Source: an uncultured Gammaproteobacteria bacterium
Lineage (GTDB): Bacteria; Patescibacteriota; Microgenomatia; Woykebacterales; RBG-16-39-9b
Reading direction: 5' to 3'
DNA length: 64,000 nucleotides
NCBI GenBank assembly: GCA_965231125.1
Contig: OZ246414.1
Coordinates: 145,739 to 209,738 of the forward strand
Numbering within the stretch: position 1 is the stretch's first letter; each line of letters opens with the position of its first letter. The notes beneath the pieces were generated by a model. That model was not told the DNA's origin. It made no database searches and was given only the letters and a program-made list of their open reading frames with translations. Shown in pieces: positions 18,801 to 28,176 of this stretch. Position numbers and translations under genes: made by a program.

Positions 18801-18893
18801 TTTCCTGCCAACCCAAAATATTTCGGTCGCGTCCCCGCCTGCTTCTACTGCGCGTACAATTCTATTTGCCCGTTTTCTTTAGCTAGGGGGTAG
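15840..18893 (+). CDS. UvrD/PcrA-type SF1 helicase fused to a C-terminal PD-(D/E)XK nuclease (AdnA/AddA-like)
   Basis: AGAGTGKT, LVDEYQD, TVHSAKGLEF, EERRLFYVGATRA; GRFDRVD...IIDFK; Cys pattern TC...CFYC....IC. Confidence 0.9.
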   Translation: MTMTDILKNLNKAQRQAVTTTKGPLLIIAGAGTGKTTVITHRIAHIIEEKLAKPAEILALTFTEKAAGEMEERVDVLVPYGYIDTWISTFHAFGNRILQENALDLGLPPDFKIMTRPQQILFFQQNLFAFGLDYYRPLSNPTKFIEAILSFISRCKDEDISPEQYLNFVKKLRIKRSLRSNELKNLELRKKKKLKKEELEEVAIELKKQEELASVYKKYEDLKASAGFLDFGDLVSLTLRLFRKRPSIRKEYQEKFKYILVDEYQDTNWAQNELVKFLAKPKNNVCVVADDDQSIYRFRGAAISNVLEFKKTYPKAKIVTLIENYRSLQPILDSSYRLIKHNDPDRLEVREKISKKLISVRNEIGAPPVEIYADTLSEETDFVAKEIEKMVGYSQQGVGGRKKRKSVPSTLNPTPYRYKDIAILVRANSQADPFLRALNMKGIPHKFVGSSGLYGQPEVKLLISFLVAVANFDDSLNLYNLASSEIYQLPIQDAIVCMDYAKRRNATLRGVFEKVASKQDIEVEISDEGKAIIGKIIKDLKKSAQVSGKENVGRILYDFLKATGYLSRLEREGGAEAEIKIQNIARFFDKIREFVGVAQNESVRAFVDYLETLRGAGDDPATVEFDPDLDAVNVMTVHSAKGLEFPVVFMVNLVADRFPSRERRDPILLPEGLIKETLPAGDYHMQEERRLFYVGATRAMDRLYFSWARDMGGKRIKKVSPFVLESLDKTVSEASLVKLSPVEKIEQFARLPEKNYKLPQAGQKIIRLTQGSIDDYETCAYKYRYAHVLRLPILRHHTVVYGFALHSAVAYFYQQKMQGKKVALRGLLKVLEETWVTEGFLSVEHEEKRLLQAKKVLASFYEREKNSKERPTFIEKNFRFAVRDVLVTGRFDRVDVDGTKVRIIDFKSVENRDQESLSKDAKESVQLRIYSLGYYRAYKVIPEFVGIYDLESGLVGGYTPTEELLKKTEEEVVQVAKDVRSDLQNDNFPANPKYFGRVPACFYCAYNSICPFSLARG

Positions 18894-18964
18894 GCATTAG
18901 TTAAGCAAGAGTGGGTTCCTAAGACGACTACAATTATATAATTAACTATCTAATTATACACTGG

Positions 18965-19357
18965 TTAATTAACTCTTCGGCGGTAAAGTTGTTTACTGCC
19001 TTTGAAATATTTTGATTCCTTATCTGCCTTTTCCTCACTTCTATCTTCTTCGATAAGCTTATCTATAAAACCCACGAACTTACCGTTTGCTTTTAAAAGC
19101 AGGTTGGTCATTTTATTAATCGTTGCTCCAGTCACTTTTATTCTCTCCCAAATTTCACCATACGTTAGTCCTTTTCGGCGCAATTTAAAAATTTCCAATC
19201 GTTTGGCAAATGTTTCTATTTCGATAGGCGTTAAAAGATGACTCAGAAATATCTTCGTATCTTCTATAGTGCGACGTTGGTGAACAGACTCGAAAAATTT
19301 ATTAGCCAACCGTTCTTTAATAGCCGGCGTTAGCCTGTGTTTTGAAAGTTGGGTCAT
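18965..19357 (-). CDS. TrpR-like (YerC/YecD) HTH protein
   Basis: FLSHLLTPIEIETFAKRL...TYGEI...V..ATI pattern; ATG at 19357. Confidence 0.8.
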   Translation of the reverse strand: MTQLSKHRLTPAIKERLANKFFESVHQRRTIEDTKIFLSHLLTPIEIETFAKRLEIFKLRRKGLTYGEIWERIKVTGATINKMTNLLLKANGKFVGFIDKLIEEDRSEEKADKESKYFKGSKQLYRRRVN

Positions 19358-19436
19358 ATATTTAATTAGATATCTAATTATATAACAAGATAGGTTATGA
19401 GGAGTCAAGGGGAAGGGTATTTAGAGCCCATAGGAT

Positions 19437-19465
19437 TTGACAAATGGTTATTTTTGTGGTATAAT
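19437..19465 (+). promoter_or_regulatory. Consensus sigma70 promoter
   Basis: TTGACA-17 nt-TATAAT. Confidence 0.8.
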
Positions 19466-19684
19466 TATGAAATAATTACGTGACTATTGAGATAATGAAA
19501 TAGGCACATAATAGGTATAAAATTGAGTGAGTTTAAGTTCGGAAGAAGAAGGAAAGAGATATTTTTGTAGCCGGAACTTTAATAACTATCGGATAGTATT
19601 AAAACTTTTCACCAAGACGTAATTGATTGCGAGGCTCGTTGTCAGTTACGTCTAGGGAGATGAAAAAGAAAGGAGGCGAGAGGG

Positions 19685-19765
19685 ATGCGCATAGGTACTT
19701 ACTATGTGGTCAATGGCGTCGTCCACACGAACCGCCAGCTGGCCAACGAATGCAAGAAGGACTAG
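19685..19765 (+). CDS. Putative 26-aa small ORF (MRIGTYYVVNGVVHTNRQLANECKKD)
   Basis: AAAGGAGG SD upstream of ATG; stop TAG at 19763-19765. Confidence 0.45.
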   Translation: MRIGTYYVVNGVVHTNRQLANECKKD

Positions 19766-20234
19766 TAAGACCGACATCCCCCGGCAAGGACGCTACGTCT
19801 CCCAATAGCGTCACATTTTTCAGGAAAGGAGGATTCTCGGCTCATGAAGCGCAAGTAACATGACGGGATAAACTTCTGACTGAATCGCGGGCGCCGGCCG
19901 CAGGTTGGGGGAGTTGCTGCACTATTTATAGAAATAATCAGCAGCACTCCCCCGCCAACCCTTAGAAAAGTTGGCGCGTAAGTAAGTTACGGTCCTTCGA
20001 CAGGCTCAGGATGAAAGGGAGGTGATCATTAGTCCTGAGTCTATCGAAGGATGAGGGTTAGAGTAACACCAAAGCGTTAGAAGCTGAAAGTCTGGCTTGG
20101 AAGATCAAAGGAGGTTGATCACTTTTATCCAGGCCAGCTTTTTGGCTTTTAAGCATAAGGCTTTGATGCCAAAAATTTGACAATCGAATATAGCGGCGCG
20201 GAGGAGCTTGTCTCCCTAGCTTTAGGAGGATGAA

Positions 20235-20822
20235 ATGGTTGCACTAGCAGAACCAATAACAGGTGTAGTTTCTGGTCAGGCGCTTAGAGCGCGTAACGAC
20301 TACAACTATGCCATAATGGCGGTGCGCAGTATCGCCGAGAGTTCGGGTACGGGCGTTTCGTCCGCCCGAAGCCTTTTGGAGGATGCTCGTGTTGCACTCT
20401 CCTGGGACAATTGGGACGTAGCGAGTACCCTGTCGTTGGACGCGGTTGATTTGGCCAACAAGCAGGTCTTTAGGAAAGTCTGGGAACCTCGTTTCGAGGC
20501 AGTCCGGATTGCCTTCCTGGATGCCATCGAGGAGGTTGAGTCGAAGTACCCGAGCCACGACGACCTGTCCGAATTCCAGAACAGGTTCCGTGATATCTAC
20601 AGAGATTTCGCGAACTTGGAACCGGACAGAGGGCAGTCGAACTGTACAGCCAGAAGGCTAGTGGATGAATTGAGCGATATCACACTCAGTATCATCCAGC
20701 GGGGTCACGATCTCAAACGAAATCGTGTACCGGAGAGGAGCAGCAAGCCGATCGACCGGAGTCGTGATCGAGTGAAGCGTCAAGGAAGCCACGGTCCTGG
20801 CCGATACAGCCGTCGCCGCTAA
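20235..20822 (+). CDS. Hypothetical helical protein with basic tail (orphan)
   Basis: TAGGAGG SD; 195-aa GC-rich ORF. Confidence 0.7.
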   Translation: MVALAEPITGVVSGQALRARNDYNYAIMAVRSIAESSGTGVSSARSLLEDARVALSWDNWDVASTLSLDAVDLANKQVFRKVWEPRFEAVRIAFLDAIEEVESKYPSHDDLSEFQNRFRDIYRDFANLEPDRGQSNCTARRLVDELSDITLSIIQRGHDLKRNRVPERSSKPIDRSRDRVKRQGSHGPGRYSRRR

Positions 20823-20981
20823 GGGGGTTTGAATCCTCCACCAACGCCAGAAGCCCAAAAACTTCTGGCGTTATCTTTGGAAAAGAAATATAATACGCGC
20901 CAAAAGCGTACAAGGAAAACTAAATAAGGAAGAACGGAGAAGTAAGGTTGCCCCAAAAAGGGCCCCTCCAAAAAGAGGGTA

Positions 20982-22025
20982 GTGGAGAAGGAGAAGTCTG
21001 TGTCTATCGGAGGATTGGTCGAGCGGGTTGTGGAGCTTGCTCTTAACGAGACAACTCCAGAAATAAAGACCCTTGTGGGTCACCGGTTTCCGGATGATGA
21101 TGTGTGGCTCTGCTACTGGATAGCCAGGCGGTGGATCCCAAAGGCTGATAAAGCCGACATCGTTTTCGTCAATGCCGGCGAAACCCTTCCCGGTTCCGAA
21201 GGCGACCCAACGGTTTTACACTTCGACACTGGGCGCGGAAAGTACGACCAGCATAACAAAAGTTTGAAAGGAACTTGCAGTGCCGCCCTCTTGGCGAAGG
21301 AACTGGGTCTTAACGACCCGGGGTTGAAACCACTCATCGATATGGTGACGGCGGTCGACAACGTCGAGCCTTTGTCTCCAATCAGCCTGCACTATGCCAT
21401 CGAAGGGTACCCAAGGCGTTTCAAAAATCCCGACGGTACCATCGACTGGAAGAAAGTCCAGGAGCGGGTGTTCGAGCTTTTCGAGATTATGTATGGGCAA
21501 GAGACCAGTCGGGCAGAAGCGAGAGCAAAATTGCCGACAAACAGTCGCTGGCGGACATTGCCTAATGGTCTTAGGGTGGCCTGGCTGCTTTGGCACCCAG
21601 GGCTGCGAGATGCTGCCTTCGAGAAAAGCGGAAAGGAAGGAACCCCTAACAGAGATAAAGGCGCTTCAGTAGTAGTCTGGACCCAGCCTCAGAAGAAGAA
21701 AGGTTTATATGTTGGGGTCCAGAGAAACCGGGATTATCCGGAACTAAGGCTGGACAAGGTTGTGGCGGCCATCCGCGCAAGCGAGGCCCACGCTCGAAAC
21801 ATCAGCGCCGAAGGTGGCGGTCTTGATTGTGTGGATAAGTGGGAAGGACTTCCCGGCTGGTTTCTGCACGACAGTTTGGCGCTAATCCTGAGCGGAAGTC
21901 CGAAGTGGGAGCTTAAGCCGGAGGAGTTCACTAAGCTTTCCCCCAGTCGGATTGTGGATATAGTGTGCAATGCTCTTGGGAAAATATCCACAAGGGTAGT
22001 AGCAAGCTGGGAGAAAGATCGGTAA
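20982..22025 (+). CDS. Putative DHH/MYG1-like metal-dependent hydrolase
   Basis: GHRFPDDD, FDTGRGKYDQH, CSAALLA, VD motifs resemble the DHH/MYG1 superfamily. Confidence 0.55.
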   Translation: MEKEKSVSIGGLVERVVELALNETTPEIKTLVGHRFPDDDVWLCYWIARRWIPKADKADIVFVNAGETLPGSEGDPTVLHFDTGRGKYDQHNKSLKGTCSAALLAKELGLNDPGLKPLIDMVTAVDNVEPLSPISLHYAIEGYPRRFKNPDGTIDWKKVQERVFELFEIMYGQETSRAEARAKLPTNSRWRTLPNGLRVAWLLWHPGLRDAAFEKSGKEGTPNRDKGASVVVWTQPQKKKGLYVGVQRNRDYPELRLDKVVAAIRASEAHARNISAEGGGLDCVDKWEGLPGWFLHDSLALILSGSPKWELKPEEFTKLSPSRIVDIVCNALGKISTRVVASWEKDR

Positions 22026-22073
22026 CTGTCGGGGTAAGGTTGGTGAATTGAATCACCCCTTACCCCAAATTTT

Positions 22074-22946
22074 TTAGAAAAAGTTGTTTAACAAAAATAT
22101 TAACTTCACGACTGGGTTATAAATTTTTATAAAAGACCCCAAGTACGTAACCTCTTTTCCACCGAAACCTTTTTTGAAATGAGTAAATCCACCCCAGTCT
22201 TTAGTAGCGGGAATTCGTGAATCCTCAATTCCCTCAAAATCAAACTTTTTACAACCTTTCTTTTTAGCAACTTTCATCGCTTCCCAAACTACCAAATACG
22301 GCGCGAGTAAATCTCGTCGATAAGATGAAGAGCCGGCTTCATAATAGTACGCTACCTCTTCAAAAAAAATTAGAAAAGCCCCGGCCAGGACTTTACCGTC
22401 TTTATTTGCAAGAAGAAGAGCTTTATTCTCATCCGGCAGAGCCTTCCACAAGGCTTTAGAATCTCCCGAGGAAACCCAAAATTTTTGCCGCCGGGCGGTT
22501 TCCTGATGCAACTTTAAAAAAGCTTCAAAATCGTTTGCCTTTTCAACCTTTACCCCTTCACGCTCCGATTTTCTGATACTGTACCGAGTGTCCTTTTCCA
22601 TTTTCGCCAGCAGATCTTCTTCGGCTGACGTAAGATCGATAGTAATTGTTTTAGTCGATTGAAGACTCCAATTTTCTTCGACAAATCCGTTGGCACCAAG
22701 CTTTTCTATCAGCCCCTTATCCTCGCCGGTTACGTTTGGCTCAAGTTTCACAAAAAAAACCTTTTCCTTTTTAGCCAGGTGGTCTATCTCCGCAAACAGA
22801 ATTGGAGGATTTACTCGCGGTATCTTTATAATTGAACCAAAGAAAATTTTTCTAATGTACGCTCTTTGCTGCCCTAAAGCCGTACCTCTCCAGCCAATTT
22901 TTTCTAAGTAAGACTGCCACAGAGGCGATTGACGAACATCGGTCAT
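22074..22946 (-). CDS. FemAB/FemX family peptidoglycan-bridge aminoacyltransferase
   Basis: QSPLW, KDTRYSIRKSEREGV, FDFEGI, GFTHFKKGFGG. Confidence 0.88.
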   Translation of the reverse strand: MTDVRQSPLWQSYLEKIGWRGTALGQQRAYIRKIFFGSIIKIPRVNPPILFAEIDHLAKKEKVFFVKLEPNVTGEDKGLIEKLGANGFVEENWSLQSTKTITIDLTSAEEDLLAKMEKDTRYSIRKSEREGVKVEKANDFEAFLKLHQETARRQKFWVSSGDSKALWKALPDENKALLLANKDGKVLAGAFLIFFEEVAYYYEAGSSSYRRDLLAPYLVVWEAMKVAKKKGCKKFDFEGIEDSRIPATKDWGGFTHFKKGFGGKEVTYLGSFIKIYNPVVKLIFLLNNFF

Positions 22947-22978
22947 GTTCTTAGTTTACTTCAAATCGGGAAAAAAGT

Positions 22979-23608
22979 TTACTTGGAGAGAATATAAATA
23001 TCGGTGTAACGGGAGCTCCACCAACCTGTCTTGGTGCTATTAAACCCGAGATCTATCTTGGCGCCTTTTATAGACCCACCAGTGTCGCCAGCAATAGCCT
23101 GTCCATAGCCTGGGACGTAGACTTTTGACCCGAGTGGAATAAACCCTGGATCCACTGCAATTACGCCGTAGCCGGCCCTGAGCCCAGAGGCGGTTATCAA
23201 ATTACACCCGGAACAATTTGGGTCGTAGGAAGTGGCGAAGACACGAAGCTTTCTAGTAAAGTGGAAAGTGCCTTGGTTGGTTTTCAACGATTCGCCGCCG
23301 CCCGCTACCACGTTTTGGGGTTCTTCAGCTCTTACTTCAGTGCCCAAACTTGGCTGCTCCCGCGCTTTGGTGATTTTAGTCAGGATCGGGCCACTACTGG
23401 TATAAATTTGGGGGAAATTGGCGAAGACCCCTTCGGCTAGATTAGTTTTCGCTTGTGTTGCGGCAAAAGAGTTTTGCGCTAGGAAAGCGGCCGAAATCAG
23501 AAAAGCGGCCCCCAAAAACTTTAGAGGGACTCTTCCTATAAAAAGAGTAGAAATATTTTTAGTGGTTGAGAAAGACTCGCTCACCACGCCTGCCAGCTGG
23601 TCGAGCAT
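22979..23608 (-). CDS. 3D-domain cell wall-binding protein
   Basis: ATSY, IAVDP..IPLGSKVYVPGYG.AIAGDTGGSIKGAKIDL. Confidence 0.9.
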   Translation of the reverse strand: MLDQLAGVVSESFSTTKNISTLFIGRVPLKFLGAAFLISAAFLAQNSFAATQAKTNLAEGVFANFPQIYTSSGPILTKITKAREQPSLGTEVRAEEPQNVVAGGGESLKTNQGTFHFTRKLRVFATSYDPNCSGCNLITASGLRAGYGVIAVDPGFIPLGSKVYVPGYGQAIAGDTGGSIKGAKIDLGFNSTKTGWWSSRYTDIYILSK

Positions 23609-23674
23609 ATTTTCTTATATTTTAAAGAAATTCTTCCAATTAGTAAAGTTGACAACAAGTGCTAAAATCCCCAC

Positions 23675-25573
23675 TCAAAATCTAATTGGGATAATTAATT
23701 CTTCTGGTATGTCTAAGACAAAGCGGGACAGTACCCCTTCGGTTCTTGCACCAAAATACAGCCGCCTTTGCGCAAAGGTAAGGTACAGTTGGTCTTTCGC
23801 TCGGGTAATTCCCACGTAACAAAGCCTTCTCTCTTCCTCAAGTTCGCTGGTATCAGTTAGAGACCGACTGTGAGGGAAAAGCCCTTCTTCCAAACCAACC
23901 ATAAAAACTACCGGAAATTCCAAACCCTTGGCAGCGTGAAAAGTCATGAGGGACAAGGCGTCTTTTTTGCCGCTATTAACGGAGGGTGAGTTTTCAGGAA
24001 GATATTCTCTTTCCACCAGCGCAACGTTTTCTAGAAAGTCACTGATATTTGGTAATTCCGCCGCGACACTGCGAAGCTCCTTAACGTTTTCTATTCTTGA
24101 CACCGCTTCGACAGTGCCGTCATCTAAAAACTCCAAGTACTTTGTTTGGGCCAGTATAGTGTCAATAACCTCAATGGTCGGCAAGTTTTCCGCCGCCCCC
24201 CTTAAATTTTTAATGAGGCTTTGAAACTCCCGAACCTTCTGGTTTTCGGGGTCTTTTAGAGCCGCCGGTCCAATACCACGCGGTGGGACATTAACAATAC
24301 GTTTAAAACTGACCTGATCAGCAGGGTTAACTATTAAACGCAAGTACGAAATCACGTCTTTTACCTCCCTTCTTTCGTAAAACCGAGTCCCGCCAACTAA
24401 TATGTAGGGAAGACCTTCGCGCAAAAGAGCTTCTTCTACAGGTCGGCTTTGGGCGTTGGTTCTGTACAAAACGGCGAAGTCGGAAAGAGTAAAATCCTGA
24501 TTGGTGTTGATTAGCTTTGCGATTGTTCTAATAACAAAATCGGCTTCTTCCACCTCGTCTTTAGCCTCATAAAGAATTATGGGGATTCCTTCTTGGTTCT
24601 CCGTCCAGAGGTTTAACACTGGGTGGGAGCGGTTTTTTGAGATTATGGAAGTAGCCGCCGAGAGAATTTTTTTAGTGCTGCGGTAATTTTGTTCGAGATT
24701 AAAGACCTTTCCTTCTGGAAAATCATTAGAAAAATTTAAGATATTGCGAAAATCCGCTCCTCGAAACCCATAGACTGCTTGGGAAACGTCCCCGACGATA
24801 AACAAATTACGGTTTTTTTGAGCTAGCATCTTTGAAAAAACGTACTGAGCTTTATTAGTATCTTGGTACTCGTCTACCAAAATGTACTTCCATTTTTCTT
24901 GATATTTTTCCAAGACTTCTGGATAGTTTTGAAATAAAGTTACAGTTTGGAAAATTAAATCTTCAAAATCCAAAGCTTGGTTTTTGTGTAAAGATTTTTG
25001 GTACTCGGTATAGGTTTTGGCAACCACTTCTTGAAAATAACCTCTGGCAAAGCCTTGGTAATCGACTGGTCCGATCAGTTCGTTTTTTGCTCCTTCTATC
25101 GAGCCTTTGATTGACGAAGGGAAAAATTTTTTAGGATTTATATTGAGATTCTTCATAACATCCTTTACCAGACGGAGACTATCGTCATCGTCAAAAATTG
25201 TGAAATTTGGAGAAATACCAATAAAGCCGCCCGAGGAGCGGAGAATCCTAGCGCAGATTGAGTGGAAAGTACCCATGAGTGGTGTCATTAAGTTATTAGG
25301 TTGTCGAGTTCTTTGGTTGACTAATTTCCCAGAAACCGAAGCACCCAATAACCGACCAACCCGTTCCTTCATTTCATTTGCCGCTTTGTTGGTGAAGGTT
25401 ACAGCCAAAATTTCCGTTGGCGCGACTTTTAATTCTTCAATAAGAAAGGCAATTCGGTGGGCAATAACCCGAGTTTTACCGGATCCAGGTCCAGCCAAAA
25501 CAAGAGTCGGCCCGTCTAAATACTCGACAGCATTTTTCTGATCTGGGTTTAGATCTTTTAAAATCGTACTCAT
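23675..25573 (-). CDS. pcrA: ATP-dependent DNA helicase PcrA/UvrD
   Basis: AGPGSGKT, VDEYQDTN, YRTNAQSR, TFHAAKGLEF, EERRLCYVGITRA. Confidence 0.95.
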   Translation of the reverse strand: MSTILKDLNPDQKNAVEYLDGPTLVLAGPGSGKTRVIAHRIAFLIEELKVAPTEILAVTFTNKAANEMKERVGRLLGASVSGKLVNQRTRQPNNLMTPLMGTFHSICARILRSSGGFIGISPNFTIFDDDDSLRLVKDVMKNLNINPKKFFPSSIKGSIEGAKNELIGPVDYQGFARGYFQEVVAKTYTEYQKSLHKNQALDFEDLIFQTVTLFQNYPEVLEKYQEKWKYILVDEYQDTNKAQYVFSKMLAQKNRNLFIVGDVSQAVYGFRGADFRNILNFSNDFPEGKVFNLEQNYRSTKKILSAATSIISKNRSHPVLNLWTENQEGIPIILYEAKDEVEEADFVIRTIAKLINTNQDFTLSDFAVLYRTNAQSRPVEEALLREGLPYILVGGTRFYERREVKDVISYLRLIVNPADQVSFKRIVNVPPRGIGPAALKDPENQKVREFQSLIKNLRGAAENLPTIEVIDTILAQTKYLEFLDDGTVEAVSRIENVKELRSVAAELPNISDFLENVALVEREYLPENSPSVNSGKKDALSLMTFHAAKGLEFPVVFMVGLEEGLFPHSRSLTDTSELEEERRLCYVGITRAKDQLYLTFAQRRLYFGARTEGVLSRFVLDIPEELIIPIRF

Positions 25574-25658
25574 AACCTAACTATCTTATCACACTAAATT
25601 GAACCTGGGGTTTGGAGATACCAAGCAAAATTATGATATACTATTTAACGGAGGAAAT

Positions 25659-25922
25659 ATGATTGAAGTAATTGATTTTTATGCAGATTGGTGCGGTCCC
25701 TGTATTGTCATGAAGCCGGTTATTGAAGAGCTGGAAAAAGAACTAGCCGGGAAAGTAAAATTTACTGGGATTGATGTCGATAAAGATCAGGAAACTTCCG
25801 GCAAATACGGTGTAATGAGTATCCCCACTTATATAGTTCTTCAAAATGATGAAGAAAAGGACCGGATTGTCGGTGCTACTAGTAAAGAAGAACTTTCCTC
25901 CAAGATAAAATCTTACCTATGA
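25659..25922 (+). CDS. trxA: Thioredoxin
   Basis: DFYADWCGPC; GGAGG SD before ATG 25659. Confidence 0.93.
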   Translation: MIEVIDFYADWCGPCIVMKPVIEELEKELAGKVKFTGIDVDKDQETSGKYGVMSIPTYIVLQNDEEKDRIVGATSKEELSSKIKSYL

Positions 25923-26923
25923 AATCAGTAAAGGAGGCAGACGTCTCAGGAAAACGAGCCCTCGTCCGTTGTGATTTTGACGATCCTACCGAAGATGGTA
26001 GGCTTGTCGAAGAGACAAGAATAAAAAGCAATCTACCGACACTAAAGTATTTGCGAGAAAAGGGAGCAAGTCTTTTTCTCGTCTCCAAGCTCGGCCGTCC
26101 CCAAGGTAAAGACCCAAAATTAAGTTTGAGAATAGTTTTAGGGGTCCTCGAAAAATATTTGGGTGAGGAGGTCGCCTTTAAAGAAGACCTTAAAAAGGAA
26201 ACACTTGGCACCGTAACCCTTCTGGAAAACATCCGGTTTTGGCCAGAAGAAGAGGCAGGCGACACAGAGTTTAGCAAGACTTTAGCCTCTTTTGGCGACC
26301 TGTACGTCAACGAGTGTTTTGCTACTTCTCATCGGGGCGATGCTTCTTTTATAGGGATCCCAAGATTTCTCCCAGCCTACGCCGGGCTAAATTTAGTAAG
26401 AGAAGTTGAGGAATTAAGTAGGGTTTTAAAAAATCCGGAGAAACCACTGGTTGTGATAATCGGAGGAGCGAAACTGGAAACAAAGCTACCAGCCATTAAT
26501 AATATAGCCGTTGTTGCTGATAAAGTGTTGGTGGGCGGAAGATTAATGTTTGAAATAGGTGGGCAAACACTACCCCGAAATGTTATCGTTGCGCCTGATG
26601 ATGTAGACCAAAAGGATATTGGCCCAAAGTCTGTCGAAGTCTTCAAAACCATTATTAATACGGCCGCGACTTTATTGTGGAATGGGCCAATGGGAGTTGT
26701 TGAGGTTGAAAAGTATTTGGAGGGTACTGAAAAGATTGGGCAGGCGGTGGCTTTTAGTACAGCTTATAAAATTGTTGGTGGTGGAGATACAATTGCTGCT
26801 TTAGGCAAGCTTGGATTGCTTGATAAAATAGATTATATTTCCACTGGTGGTGGGGCGATGCTTGAGTTCCTTGCTGGAAAAAAATTGCCTGGTTTGGTAG
26901 CTTTGGGGTATTATAATGCTTAA
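25919..26923 (+). CDS. pgk: Phosphoglycerate kinase (compact)
   Basis: LLENIRF, IIGGAK, WNGPMG, GGGDT, ISTGGGAMLEFL. Confidence 0.93.
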   Translation: MKSVKEADVSGKRALVRCDFDDPTEDGRLVEETRIKSNLPTLKYLREKGASLFLVSKLGRPQGKDPKLSLRIVLGVLEKYLGEEVAFKEDLKKETLGTVTLLENIRFWPEEEAGDTEFSKTLASFGDLYVNECFATSHRGDASFIGIPRFLPAYAGLNLVREVEELSRVLKNPEKPLVVIIGGAKLETKLPAINNIAVVADKVLVGGRLMFEIGGQTLPRNVIVAPDDVDQKDIGPKSVEVFKTIINTAATLLWNGPMGVVEVEKYLEGTEKIGQAVAFSTAYKIVGGGDTIAALGKLGLLDKIDYISTGGGAMLEFLAGKKLPGLVALGYYNA

Positions 26924-27458
26924 AAAATGGAAGATTCTCGAATCGAAAGAAATTTTTTCTTCCGCATTTATCACCCTTCGGCAAGAAAAATTGGAAAGGG
27001 GCGATGGGAAAATTATCGAGCCTTACTATGCTATCGAACGCCCGGATGTAGTTTACATAATAGCGGTAACTGGGGGGAAAGAAGCGGTCACCGTCTACCA
27101 GTATAAAAACGGAATAAAAGATTTAGTTACGGAGCTGCCGGCCGGATTTGTCGATAAAGATGAAAGTCCGAAGGATGCCGCCAAAAGAGAGCTTCTCGAG
27201 GAAACTGGATATTCAGCCGCCGAATTTATTAGTCTGGGCAACTTTAGATCAAGTTTGGGACTGGCCAGGAACACAGACCATTTTTATTTAGCGACTCACG
27301 CAAGAAAAAGTGCCGACCAGAGCCTGGATGAAAATGAAGAAATTGAGGTAAGAAACTACCCGTTCGACAAGTTGCTTAAAGATATAAAAGAAGGTAAAAG
27401 TTTTCTAGCCGAAGCCCAATCACAACTAGGGATAATACTCTCGGAGAGGTATTTATGA
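26916..27458 (+). CDS. NUDIX hydrolase (ADP-ribose pyrophosphatase-like)
   Basis: ELPAGFVD..ESP.DAAKRELLEETG Nudix box. Confidence 0.9.
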   Translation: MLKKWKILESKEIFSSAFITLRQEKLERGDGKIIEPYYAIERPDVVYIIAVTGGKEAVTVYQYKNGIKDLVTELPAGFVDKDESPKDAAKRELLEETGYSAAEFISLGNFRSSLGLARNTDHFYLATHARKSADQSLDENEEIEVRNYPFDKLLKDIKEGKSFLAEAQSQLGIILSERYL

Positions 27459-28171
27459 ACAAAGAGCTGTTTGTAGTCGCAAACTGGAAGGCAACCAAAA
27501 ATATCAAGGAGACGGTCCTCTGGGTTGAGCAGATAAAGGATTATCTGCAGGCAGTTGACTGGGCCCACGTGATTGTTTGCCCGCCCTACACGTCCATCCC
27601 GTTTGTGGCGTCTTTGTTTAAAGACTCGTCTGTAAAAGTGGGTGGGCAAGATGTATCAAGATTTAAAAAAGGAGCCTATACAGGGGAAGTTACCGTCGAG
27701 ATGTTAGACGGTTTAGCTCAGTATTGTATTGTCGGGCATTCGGAGAGACGACGGTATTTTGGCGAGACTAATGAAGCTGTCGTCGAAAAAGTGAAAAATC
27801 TTCTCGAATTTAATATTACTCCGGTGCTCTGTGTAAGTAACTTAGATCAGCTGGACGCGTATACCCAAGAAGGTAGGGTGATATTGGAAGAGGCGGAAAA
27901 AATAGCTTTTGTTTATGAACCACCGAGCGCGATAAGTGGTGGTAAGGATTATCATCCAGAGGAACCTAGCGAGGCTAACAAAAACGCTGGTGAGATAAAG
28001 GAAAAAATTGGCAAAGAGGCAGTGGTAATTTACGGCGGCAGTGTCAATCCAGAAAACGTCTCTACCTTTTGTTCACAAGAAAATATCAGCGGGGTTCTTC
28101 CCGGACAAGCTAGTACCAATCCAGACACTTTTATCTCCTTACTAAAAAGTATAAAATCCGGTAGTTCATAA
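27455..28171 (+). CDS. tpiA: Triosephosphate isomerase
   Basis: ANWK, GAYTGEV, GHSERR, YEP, YGGSV. Confidence 0.93.
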   Translation: MNKELFVVANWKATKNIKETVLWVEQIKDYLQAVDWAHVIVCPPYTSIPFVASLFKDSSVKVGGQDVSRFKKGAYTGEVTVEMLDGLAQYCIVGHSERRRYFGETNEAVVEKVKNLLEFNITPVLCVSNLDQLDAYTQEGRVILEEAEKIAFVYEPPSAISGGKDYHPEEPSEANKNAGEIKEKIGKEAVVIYGGSVNPENVSTFCSQENISGVLPGQASTNPDTFISLLKSIKSGSS

Positions 28172-28176
28172 ATTTT

